Positions 1 to 7,416 of a DNA stretch of 64,000 nt are shown here, piece after piece. Within the stretch, counting starts at the first letter, position 1. The number at the start of each line of letters is the position of its first letter. Position numbers and translations under genes: made by a program. Source of the DNA: a virus. The notes under the pieces were generated by a model. The model saw nothing but the letters and a program-made list of their open reading frames with translations. It was not told the DNA's origin and did not search any database. The DNA is taken from positions 2,780 through 66,779 of IMG/VR virus record IMGVR_UViG_3300050119_000091. One strand, written 5' to 3'.

Positions 1-1701
1 TGTCTGGTTTTCCATGTCGTCCGGAGGGCCAAACGTCGAACCGAAAACCTGCCGTCCTGTTAAGTCGCCCATTTGGATACCGGGGCCTACATTTCCCTCA
101 AAATGTCCACCAGTCTGAATAAATCCCGAACCTGCAAGAAGTTCCCCGCCGCCTACGTTGTAAGTCATCTGAGGGGCATATAGCTCAATACCATTTCCAT
201 CTGATTGAGCGTGTACATTTAACCCCCACCCTTGATTCCCCGTACCAACGGGACTGTAAAACCGCATCGCATTGTTATTCCCATTGCACTGAAACGAGAA
301 AGGTGCAGTGTGTGTGTAAGCAGGTGTGATCGCAAGATGGCTAAGTGTGGTCTGATTTGAATAAAGGTATTCTACCTCTTCCTGACGACCAGTGCCGGGC
401 TCCAACATCAACACCTGACAGTTTCCAGTCCCCATTGTAAAACCGGCCTGAATAACAGAGGTCGCTGTAATGGTCGCATAGCTAGATGGAGACACTGTCG
501 TAAGAGAAGTATTCAGTGGTGTCTGAAGACTGTCGATGTCGATACCGTCCGAGGAGCAAAACTGTCCTCCACTGTTATTGAAAATCGACAAGTACCCACC
601 AGCGACAACAAAACACTCAGTCCCCACGTATCCGCTGCTGGCACTCGCGTTGCCGCCGCCATTGACAAGAAAATTATTGAATGTCGCCCTAGCAGCATAA
701 TCGTGGAACATGACGAACGGAGATGTGCCTGCTTTGGCGATTAAAGTACTTCCCGTTGTTGATACCAGATTCGTAGTCGTTACGGCTGAGAGTCCAATCC
801 CATTTATAACAACTCCTTGTGCAGATTGTGGCAGGTAGACCGTGGAAGAAATCGTGGACTGGCAGGTGTGAGTTACGTTCTGACCCGGGCCAATGGAGTT
901 GTATGTATTCTGTACTGCAACCGTATCGTCATTTCCGCCACATAGTGCTCCCCACCACTGCGGATAGAGCGTGAAGATTTTCGCACTCGCCAGACTCACC
1001 GTTCCTCCCGCGCTCAAATCGAAGTGCTGCGTCAGGTCGCCATCGAAGGAGCCAGTGAGCGTGACGGTTTGCCCGGAAGCGGGCTTAATGATTCCGTGCG
1101 CGAGTGCCTGAATATTGCACGCGATGGATTGTGTTGTAAGCCCGCTCCACGTTCGGGTTAGGTACAGCGTGCCTGTTCCCGCTCCAGTGCAGGCCAGCGC
1201 CAACGTCGCGTAGTTCGCGTCACAGGTTGCCCCAAGCGGACACCCCGCAGACGCTCCTACGTTGATTGGGTAAGGTCCGTAAGTACCACCTCCAGCCGTC
1301 GCCGGGACTTGGAGGAAGTAATTGTATTGCCCTGGGAGTGCCCAGAATCCAGCTCCGCCCTGACCGTCAGCGGTTGAAAGGCACGCGCCACCCGTCGCGG
1401 GTGTCAATTGCGCGGTAGTTGGGCACGGAGTTCCGGCCGTATAGCTCGTGTACGTCGTCGCTGGACTCGCCAGGCAAGAAGTCAGGGTAGTGACCGCCCC
1501 GCCGCAAACATTCAGCGTCGATCCCGGCAAAACAAGCAACGGGCATTGTTTTCCCGCCGCGCACGATGAACTTACGGTGTCCACCGTGGTATCGAAACGA
1601 ACCGCCTGCGCGTTCGCTGGACGGCCCAATAGGACAAGTGCCAGCCACCCCAAAACGAGAGCGTCAATCAAGCGTATGCGGCAGTAGTGGGGTGATTTCA
1701 C
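1..1701 (-). CDS. Signal-peptide-bearing, Cys-rich tailspike/beta-helix-like protein (3' end runs off window; missing from ORF track)
   Basis: Translated by hand: GTG at 1701 (GTGA overlap with stop of 1698..1940), open to base 1. MKSPHYCRIRLIDALVLGWLALVLLGRPANA|QAVRFD; PQWWGALCGGNDDTVAVQNTYNSI resembles the Pectate_lyase_3-type tailspike head motif; G/N/S/T-rich downstream. Confidence 0.7.
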   Translation of the reverse strand, partial: MKSPHYCRIRLIDALVLGWLALVLLGRPANAQAVRFDTTVDTVSSSCAAGKQCPLLVLPGSTLNVCGGAVTTLTSCLASPATTYTSYTAGTPCPTTAQLTPATGGACLSTADGQGGAGFWALPGQYNYFLQVPATAGGGTYGPYPINVGASAGCPLGATCDANYATLALACTGAGTGTLYLTRTWSGLTTQSIACNIQALAHGIIKPASGQTVTLTGSFDGDLTQHFDLSAGGTVSLASAKIFTLYPQWWGALCGGNDDTVAVQNTYNSIGPGQNVTHTCQSTISSTVYLPQSAQGVVINGIGLSAVTTTNLVSTTGSTLIAKAGTSPFVMFHDYAARATFNNFLVNGGGNASASSGYVGTECFVVAGGYLSIFNNSGGQFCSSDGIDIDSLQTPLNTSLTTVSPSSYATITATSVIQAGFTMGTGNCQVLMLEPGTGRQEEVEYLYSNQTTLSHLAITPAYTHTAPFSFQCNGNNNAMRFYSPVGTGNQGWGLNVHAQSDGNGIELYAPQMTYNVGGGELLAGSGFIQTGGHFEGNVGPGIQMGDLTGRQVFGSTFGPPDDMENQT

Positions 1702-1940
1702 GCGGCCACCTGATTACATTTGCGGCCCGTCGTGTCGTAACCGGGGTTCTGGCACCACCAACACGTAGCAGGATCGTGACTGGCGCTGACCGAAATTACT
1801 GGAGCATCCGAAAGACGTCCGCGCGCGTCGATGCCTTTAGTCGCGTCTCCCGCCATGTCTGGCTCTGGTGGTAGTTGTTCTGAATCTTCGGGGTTGCCCA
1901 TAAGGGCAATTGTATCAGCTGTCACGCTGTCCAATGACAA
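1698..1940 (-). CDS. hypothetical protein (CxxC-like C-terminus)
   Basis: Tiles the minus-strand operon and overlaps the next start. Confidence 0.5.
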   Translation of the reverse strand: MSLDSVTADTIALMGNPEDSEQLPPEPDMAGDATKGIDARGRLSDAPVISVSASHDPATCWWCQNPGYDTTGRKCNQVAA

Positions 1941-2157
1941 CGCCTGCTTCGCCCTCTAATCGGTCGATGTGAAGGTCGATCTCTTCGCGGTTCTGGCTGA
2001 TGAACGCCCTAAGCCGAAGCCCGCTTCGCAAGTACCACTGGTGCAGGTTTTCCCGGTCGTAATCTATCCACCACGCGCGGTGCCGATCTTTTCTTCCTGG
2101 GCGGCTTGGGTTTTTGTCCACCTTGACGCTCCCATTTCGTCCCGGCGCGCGGATCAC
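1915..2157 (-). CDS. small phage hypothetical protein
   Basis: WWIDYDRENLHQWYLRSG..RAFISQNREEID reads as protein-like; start uncertain. Confidence 0.45.
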   Translation of the reverse strand: MIRAPGRNGSVKVDKNPSRPGRKDRHRAWWIDYDRENLHQWYLRSGLRLRAFISQNREEIDLHIDRLEGEAGVVIGQRDS

Positions 2158-2299
2158 GGTCGGGGTCGATAGATTTCACTGGCTCAAATTCCCTGATGGG
2201 ATACCCGCAACGTCGATTCAGTTCGCGCTCGATTTCTTCATCGGTTCGTGGCGCGGAAATACGTTCATATACCGCCGGAAACCGAACCTCGAATGCCAT
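2009..2299 (-). CDS. hypothetical protein
   Basis: Follows 2301..2501 directly; basic C-terminus overlaps the next ORF. Confidence 0.4.
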   Translation of the reverse strand: MAFEVRFPAVYERISAPRTDEEIERELNRRCGYPIREFEPVKSIDPDRDPRAGTKWERQGGQKPKPPRKKRSAPRVVDRLRPGKPAPVVLAKRASA

Positions 2300-2300
2300 A

Positions 2301-2501
2301 TCAGAACCTCACCCTGATTCTTGGATCGTATCGGCTTCGCGTGCGCCACTCATCTGGCAATTCAGGAAACGGTATATCGCCCCATCCTAGTTTTATCGCC
2401 AGATCCACTTCGGCCTGGTGGTCACGGTCACGCGCCAGAAAGTTTTCGTTTATCTGATCGTGCCATTCGATGATGATTTGGGCTGTGCTTATGCCGCTCA
2501 T
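2301..2501 (-). CDS. hypothetical protein
   Basis: Tight operon tiling. Confidence 0.5.
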   Translation of the reverse strand: MSGISTAQIIIEWHDQINENFLARDRDHQAEVDLAIKLGWGDIPFPELPDEWRTRSRYDPRIRVRF

Positions 2502-2504
2502 AAA

Positions 2505-2789
2505 TTACGCGAAGGTTATGCCGCCGTGTCCTGTTTTCTGCTGCGCCGCAAGGCGATACGATTCGGCCTCAATTTCCATCTGGTCCGCGATGGCCTTCGT
2601 GTATTCTTCCAGCGTGAATACGCCCTTGTCGATCAGGATCTTCACGAGTCCACCCTGATCCGACATAGCCGCGTTGATGCCGACGCGCAAATGCTTCGGC
2701 TCCGTTTCCTTGGGGTCGTGATTCATTTTGAACGCCACCCCTGACTGCATCGCGTGTGCCGCCGCCGCGTATCGTTCGCTATCGCTCAT
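2505..2789 (-). CDS. hypothetical phage protein
   Basis: Tight tiling; LVKILIDKGVFTLEEY helical motif. Confidence 0.65.
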   Translation of the reverse strand: MSDSERYAAAAHAMQSGVAFKMNHDPKETEPKHLRVGINAAMSDQGGLVKILIDKGVFTLEEYTKAIADQMEIEAESYRLAAQQKTGHGGITFA

Positions 2790-2792
2790 GAT

Positions 2793-3389
2793 TTATAGCT
2801 CCCACTTAACTGGTTGAACATCATACCCCACATACAGCGGATGCCACGGCTCGCCAGTCGCTTCCGACATTTTCAGGTAGTGAACTGTGAACGGCCCGTT
2901 CTTCAGCAATTTGCGAACCTGCGCCGATCTGCCAGCGTGCCTGCCGTCTTTTCCCCAGCCGACAATCGTCATCTGGCACAGATCGAGACAGCGCCACATC
3001 CAGTCATCGTTTTCGGGTCCGACCGACGCCGAACCAGCAGCTTTCATTTCCTTCGGGTCCGTGGCGCGGAATGCGTTAAGATTCCAGACGATGATCCCGC
3101 CGAACCCGAGCCGCCGCGCACGTTCGCAATTGCGCGTGATTGTCGGATCGTTTACCTGAGCGTCGGCAGTCGAAGGATTCAGCATCCCGAACCCGAGAAC
3201 CGGAAGCGATTTGTCCCACGTGCGCCACAAAACCCAGCGATACTTTCCGCATTCGCTTATGATCGCCCCAACTGTTTTCTCTTCCCTGAAATCGTCCACG
3301 CCTATAACCACTCCGTATTCTTTGGTAAAGCCCCGCTGTGCAATTTCTTCTTTGGCTCCGCGCCCTCGGTACTGATTTTCTTCAGCCAC
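2793..3389 (-). CDS. DUF1643 family protein
   Basis: SECGKYRWVLWRTWD, GMLNPSTAD..NDPTI, NLNAFRATDP, GEPWHPLY motifs. Confidence 0.85.
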   Translation of the reverse strand: MAEENQYRGRGAKEEIAQRGFTKEYGVVIGVDDFREEKTVGAIISECGKYRWVLWRTWDKSLPVLGFGMLNPSTADAQVNDPTITRNCERARRLGFGGIIVWNLNAFRATDPKEMKAAGSASVGPENDDWMWRCLDLCQMTIVGWGKDGRHAGRSAQVRKLLKNGPFTVHYLKMSEATGEPWHPLYVGYDVQPVKWEL

Positions 3390-3500
3390 GCCTGTATGTC
3401 GCTTTTTGTCGCAACTACGCGGGTTTTAACCCAGTCATCGTATGGAACTCCTCTGTGTTCTGGAGGGCATTCCAGTTGAGTACCGCAGGCTTTGTATTCT

Positions 3501-4193
3501 TCAGGCATCCGGACACCCTTCCCAATGGAACGAATCCGCAGCCGTGGCCATGTCAGGTAGCCACCACTTACCGTTGACGTCCTGGCAAAAATCCACCGAC
3601 CATGATCTGCCGCCGCAGGCTTTTGCTGCTTCGACGGCCATGACAAACAGATCCGACGGCGGATTCGATTGAATTGCGTCCAGCTTGGATCGCCAGTCAT
3701 CGCACGATGGCCGATGTTCTTCAATCGATTCCGGGGGCCAGTATGGATGCCAACATTTAACGCCGTCCGCATCTGCGAAGAATCGGAACTCGCGCGCTAT
3801 TGGAAGATCCCTGAACGCCGTAAACGGGGCGTTTAATACCAGGAACTCCCGCACCAGAAACGCTTCAGGTCCGCGCGGCTCCAGCCACATTTTCATTTCC
3901 GTATCTTCCAGAGTTTCCGCGATAGGACCGTTGTGGCCGTCGCTGTCGATTTTGTAAGCGTTCGGGCCTGAGTGTTTCGCGGAAGTCAGGTCCGTGCGGA
4001 TGAAAACCGGAAACCCGATCTCTTTGGCCGCAACCATCACGGCATCTGATAGTCGGCTGAATTCCGATGATGCCTGACCGTCAAATATCGACAGGCATTC
4101 GTGGTGAACATACGGCACGATGATGGTTTTCGGGACGGGCAATCCAGCATCGGTAATCTTAGGCAACCAGATCAGGGCGCTGTTTGGATTCAC
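3501..4193 (-). CDS. ATP-grasp fold protein (R2K/Cdc123-like)
   Basis: GFPVFIRTDLTSAKH, REFRFF, WSVDFCQDVNGKWWLPDM motifs. Confidence 0.7.
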   Translation of the reverse strand: MNPNSALIWLPKITDAGLPVPKTIIVPYVHHECLSIFDGQASSEFSRLSDAVMVAAKEIGFPVFIRTDLTSAKHSGPNAYKIDSDGHNGPIAETLEDTEMKMWLEPRGPEAFLVREFLVLNAPFTAFRDLPIAREFRFFADADGVKCWHPYWPPESIEEHRPSCDDWRSKLDAIQSNPPSDLFVMAVEAAKACGGRSWSVDFCQDVNGKWWLPDMATAADSFHWEGCPDA

Positions 4194-4244
4194 TTTTTCA
4201 CCACCCTTATTTCAACTCTCTCTTCTGATTCAGAAACGAATTCG

Positions 4245-4565
4245 TCAGGCATTTACCAGCGTCAATTTACCGGGTTGTGCGTCTTCCATCGGGACCATTT
4301 CAAAACCGCACATCTTCACTGGGCCGCGCCGCGCAAGCAGCATGTCGTCGTCCGATTTACCGACGATCTCAACACTCCGCACTACGATGCCCTCATTACA
4401 CCAGCGGTCGATATCGGCCTGATTTGCCAGAATCTTCAGGTCTTTATCTTTCGGGATATTGATTTTCGCGAAAGATGCACGTATCTTCGACGGCGAAATA
4501 TCCGTGGTTACGTCGATCTCGCACGGAATCTGAACTTGCGTTTTTGGGTCACTCCATCCTGGCAT
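4245..4565 (-). CDS. hypothetical protein
   Basis: GGAGG RBS upstream, tiling. Confidence 0.55.
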   Translation of the reverse strand: MPGWSDPKTQVQIPCEIDVTTDISPSKIRASFAKINIPKDKDLKILANQADIDRWCNEGIVVRSVEIVGKSDDDMLLARRGPVKMCGFEMVPMEDAQPGKLTLVNA

Positions 4566-5088
4566 TGGGGCCTCCTTTCACTATTCTGATTTCAACTTTC
4601 TCTTCGCCGTCCGCCACGAATACGCATGGCTCGTGGATCTTCCGACCGTTCCACGTGGAGATGTTGTCATTTCTCATCACGCCTGCTTTTTGCAGCACGT
4701 CCATCAGCGTTACATATTTCCCGTCTTCATCAGACCTTCCAGATCGTACATAAAACGTCGTGGTGACTTCGGGATGATCGACGGGCAGTCCAACCGCCTG
4801 CGACCACTGAAACATCGCCTGGAGCGTCAGTGCTTCCATCTGGGCTTTTGTTTCGGGCGTCGATATCAGCCGCCCACCCTCGGCGGTTCGGTAGTTGCTT
4901 TTCTTCGATGGGCAGTGGCCGTGCAGCACCAGCGTTACATCTACTGGACCATCGAACGTCACTGGTTTTGACTTACGCGATCCGCTGGATAGCGGGCGCG
5001 GCTTAAAGCTTTGATTGACTGATCCGACTCCGCGAAGATTCTTTTGCAACTCTTCGAACTGAGCCTCTGTGAAGTTCATGCCACTCAT
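4549..5088 (-). CDS. RusA-like Holliday junction resolvase
   Basis: GHCPSKKSNYR, SDEDGKYVTLMDVLQKAGVMRNDN acidic motif; ATG 5088 overlaps the upstream stop. Confidence 0.7.
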   Translation of the reverse strand: MSGMNFTEAQFEELQKNLRGVGSVNQSFKPRPLSSGSRKSKPVTFDGPVDVTLVLHGHCPSKKSNYRTAEGGRLISTPETKAQMEALTLQAMFQWSQAVGLPVDHPEVTTTFYVRSGRSDEDGKYVTLMDVLQKAGVMRNDNISTWNGRKIHEPCVFVADGEEKVEIRIVKGGPNARME

Positions 5089-5333
5089 AAATATTTGTCG
5101 CGCCCCGGCGAATACCGCCCCAACGGCTCCAGCCCCTCCCTTTCCAGCGCTGCGTAGTTTCTCGCCATAACCCTGCAAACTGACCCGTCTGAATGGTGGA
5201 CTTCATCAATCAGTGGCATCATGTCGTCGCATTTGGCGCACCCGGCAGTTTCGGTGATTCCTCCGCCGTCTTCGCGCTCACGGATGCTTTTGATTTTGGC
5301 CATACCACCTCGTATCTTTTCCCGCACCGACAT
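5085..5333 (-). CDS. hypothetical protein
   Basis: Tiling; start uncertain. Confidence 0.45.
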   Translation of the reverse strand: MSVREKIRGGMAKIKSIREREDGGGITETAGCAKCDDMMPLIDEVHHSDGSVCRVMARNYAALEREGLEPLGRYSPGRDKYL

Positions 5334-5397
5334 GCACCAGCCGAACCAACGGTAACGACCTCACGCCCGCACTCATCACAATCGAACTTATAGACGC

Positions 5398-5673
5398 TCA
5401 CTCCGTTGATTCCCCCTTGGATCGGGGCGCGTCTTTTGTGATCGTCCAGGCCACCTCGATGGATTTCAGGACCGCAGTAAGATCATCACTAATCAGCATT
5501 TCGTAAACCTTCGGCCATACGTGAATAATCGAAGTACGAATAGTTTCCCGCTGATCCTCAGGCGGCGGACGCAGGCTTATGATAGATCCGAGACGTTCAC
5601 GGCTGACGAATATCGAAAGGCTTTCCGGCTTCTCTTTCTTTGCCCGTTTTGGTTTCTCTTCAGTCGGCGTCAT
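5398..5673 (-). CDS. hypothetical protein
   Basis: ATGA overlap with the MTase stop. Confidence 0.6.
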   Translation of the reverse strand: MTPTEEKPKRAKKEKPESLSIFVSRERLGSIISLRPPPEDQRETIRTSIIHVWPKVYEMLISDDLTAVLKSIEVAWTITKDAPRSKGESTE

Positions 5674-6650
5674 ACCGCAACCTCCGTTAATTCCAGTTGC
5701 CCCTGCGACCGTGACTCAATCGCCGCGTCCAGGTTATCTCCTGCGTTTCGGAAATACGATTCTTTCAATTCGCTTCCCACGAATCGCCGCTGCTCCTGAA
5801 GCGCCACATAGCCAGAACTTCCAATCCCGGTGAACGGATCGAAAACCACGTCGCGGGGATTGCTCCACAACTCAACAGCGCGGCGAATCACCGTTAACTG
5901 AAGTGGGCAAATATGCTTGGAATCTTCCGCGTCCCGAGCGCCCGCGCGTTGCAGTGTGTCCGATGGGTTGATGTCCATCCAGACTGGTGAAGCGTAGTTC
6001 TGCCAGACGTAGTGTGAGTACTTGTTTTTCTTCTGGTCCGCGTGGCGCTCCGCCTTTGGTTCGTCTTCCGGATTTCCGATCCACTTCGTCAGACCGCGCG
6101 GATGCGCAACTGGCTCCGGATTCGTCCCGAGCTTCCGCATGATTACGAGTTGATCCGGAATCCCCTGGCGGCACATGGACGAATCTTTCACTATCTGCTT
6201 ATGCGCCAGCCCAAGCGCGTGCGTTCGCGTGGCCGCTATCAGCGGGTCTTTCCATATCGTGACGCGGGAGTGGAAAACAAAGCCGTGCTTCTGAAACGCG
6301 CGAATGATATCCCCAGGGAAGTCATACAGCCCAATAACGCCGTCATGCTCGATGCTGGTCGGAAGCTCCATGCAGTGAGTGGCCACCAGACGCCCCGGCA
6401 TCATGATACGCGCCAACTCCGAAAGCATGAAGTCTATGCCGTTGAAGAAGTCGTTTTTGGTTCGGATATTGCTCATATCCTCGGTTGCGTCCGTGTATTG
6501 ATACAACGAGACAAATGGCCAAGATGAGACGCAGAAATGTATACTATCTGACGGGATGCCGCGAACCACACGCACGCAATCGCCGTGGTATAGCGCATAC
6601 TCTTCGGTGATCTTCTGATCTATTACGGAGTCAGTGGGTACGGTAGTCAA
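5670..6650 (-). CDS. N6/N4 DNA methyltransferase (beta class)
   Basis: YHGDC, motif IV variant VSSWPF, KHICPLQL, motif I VVFDPFTGIGSSG, GSELKESYF. Confidence 0.9.
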   Translation of the reverse strand: MTTVPTDSVIDQKITEEYALYHGDCVRVVRGIPSDSIHFCVSSWPFVSLYQYTDATEDMSNIRTKNDFFNGIDFMLSELARIMMPGRLVATHCMELPTSIEHDGVIGLYDFPGDIIRAFQKHGFVFHSRVTIWKDPLIAATRTHALGLAHKQIVKDSSMCRQGIPDQLVIMRKLGTNPEPVAHPRGLTKWIGNPEDEPKAERHADQKKNKYSHYVWQNYASPVWMDINPSDTLQRAGARDAEDSKHICPLQLTVIRRAVELWSNPRDVVFDPFTGIGSSGYVALQEQRRFVGSELKESYFRNAGDNLDAAIESRSQGQLELTEVAV

Positions 6651-7416
6651 TGTGTTTTTCCCCTTTTGATTGGTTGCACCGACCGCATAGCGGCTGGATG
6701 TTGTCTATATTGTTCGATCCTCCCATTATGAGAGGAATTACGTGGTCCACCGTGAGCCTAATATCCGGCTCTTTCTTGCCGCACCTTAGACACATAAACC
6801 CCGCCGCCATCTTCAATGAATCCCACTCATGCCTTGTGTACGCTCCGCCATTCGCCAGTTTCCTAGCCCTCCGAGCGTGAACGTAAGACAATGCCTTGTC
6901 GCGATTTTCTTTAAACCACCTCCGCACCATAGCGTTATGCTTCTCTGGATTTGCGGCGTACAACTCCCGGCTCTTTCGGTTGATGGCATCTCTATTTGCT
7001 TCGGCGTAGCGTGCCCACGTTTCCTTAAATCGCCCCGGGAACTTCTCTCGGCTCTCTTTTTGGCGATTAAGAATGGCCTCTTTGTGCGATTCGTAGTGCC
7101 TCTTTTGGTGGGCTGAGAATCGGGATGGGTTTAGTTTTCGAGCCGCCTTGACCCTATCGGACAGTTCTTTCTTGTGGATTTTCTGATACCTACCCCGGAT
7201 TGCTTTGGTGGCGTCAGGATGGTCGCGCCTCCACTGCGCCGAGTAGGCCATGTGCTTTTCTTTATTGTTCTCGTAGTAAAGCCTCTTATCCTGATTGGTA
7301 CACGAACGGCACTGCGGGAATTTTCCGTCGTGACGTGACCTGTCGTTATGGAAGTTGTCTAACGGTTGAGGTGTAGAGCATTTTGAGCACGTTTTTAGGG
7401 TTGCGCTGTCAACCAT
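6631..7416 (-). CDS. HNH homing endonuclease
   Basis: N-terminal KTCSKC..CRSC, helical repeats, CLRCG..TVDHVIPL..GGSNNIDNIQPLCGRCNQSK; overlaps both neighbours. Confidence 0.9.
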   Translation of the reverse strand: MVDSATLKTCSKCSTPQPLDNFHNDRSRHDGKFPQCRSCTNQDKRLYYENNKEKHMAYSAQWRRDHPDATKAIRGRYQKIHKKELSDRVKAARKLNPSRFSAHQKRHYESHKEAILNRQKESREKFPGRFKETWARYAEANRDAINRKSRELYAANPEKHNAMVRRWFKENRDKALSYVHARRARKLANGGAYTRHEWDSLKMAAGFMCLRCGKKEPDIRLTVDHVIPLIMGGSNNIDNIQPLCGRCNQSKGEKHIDYRTH

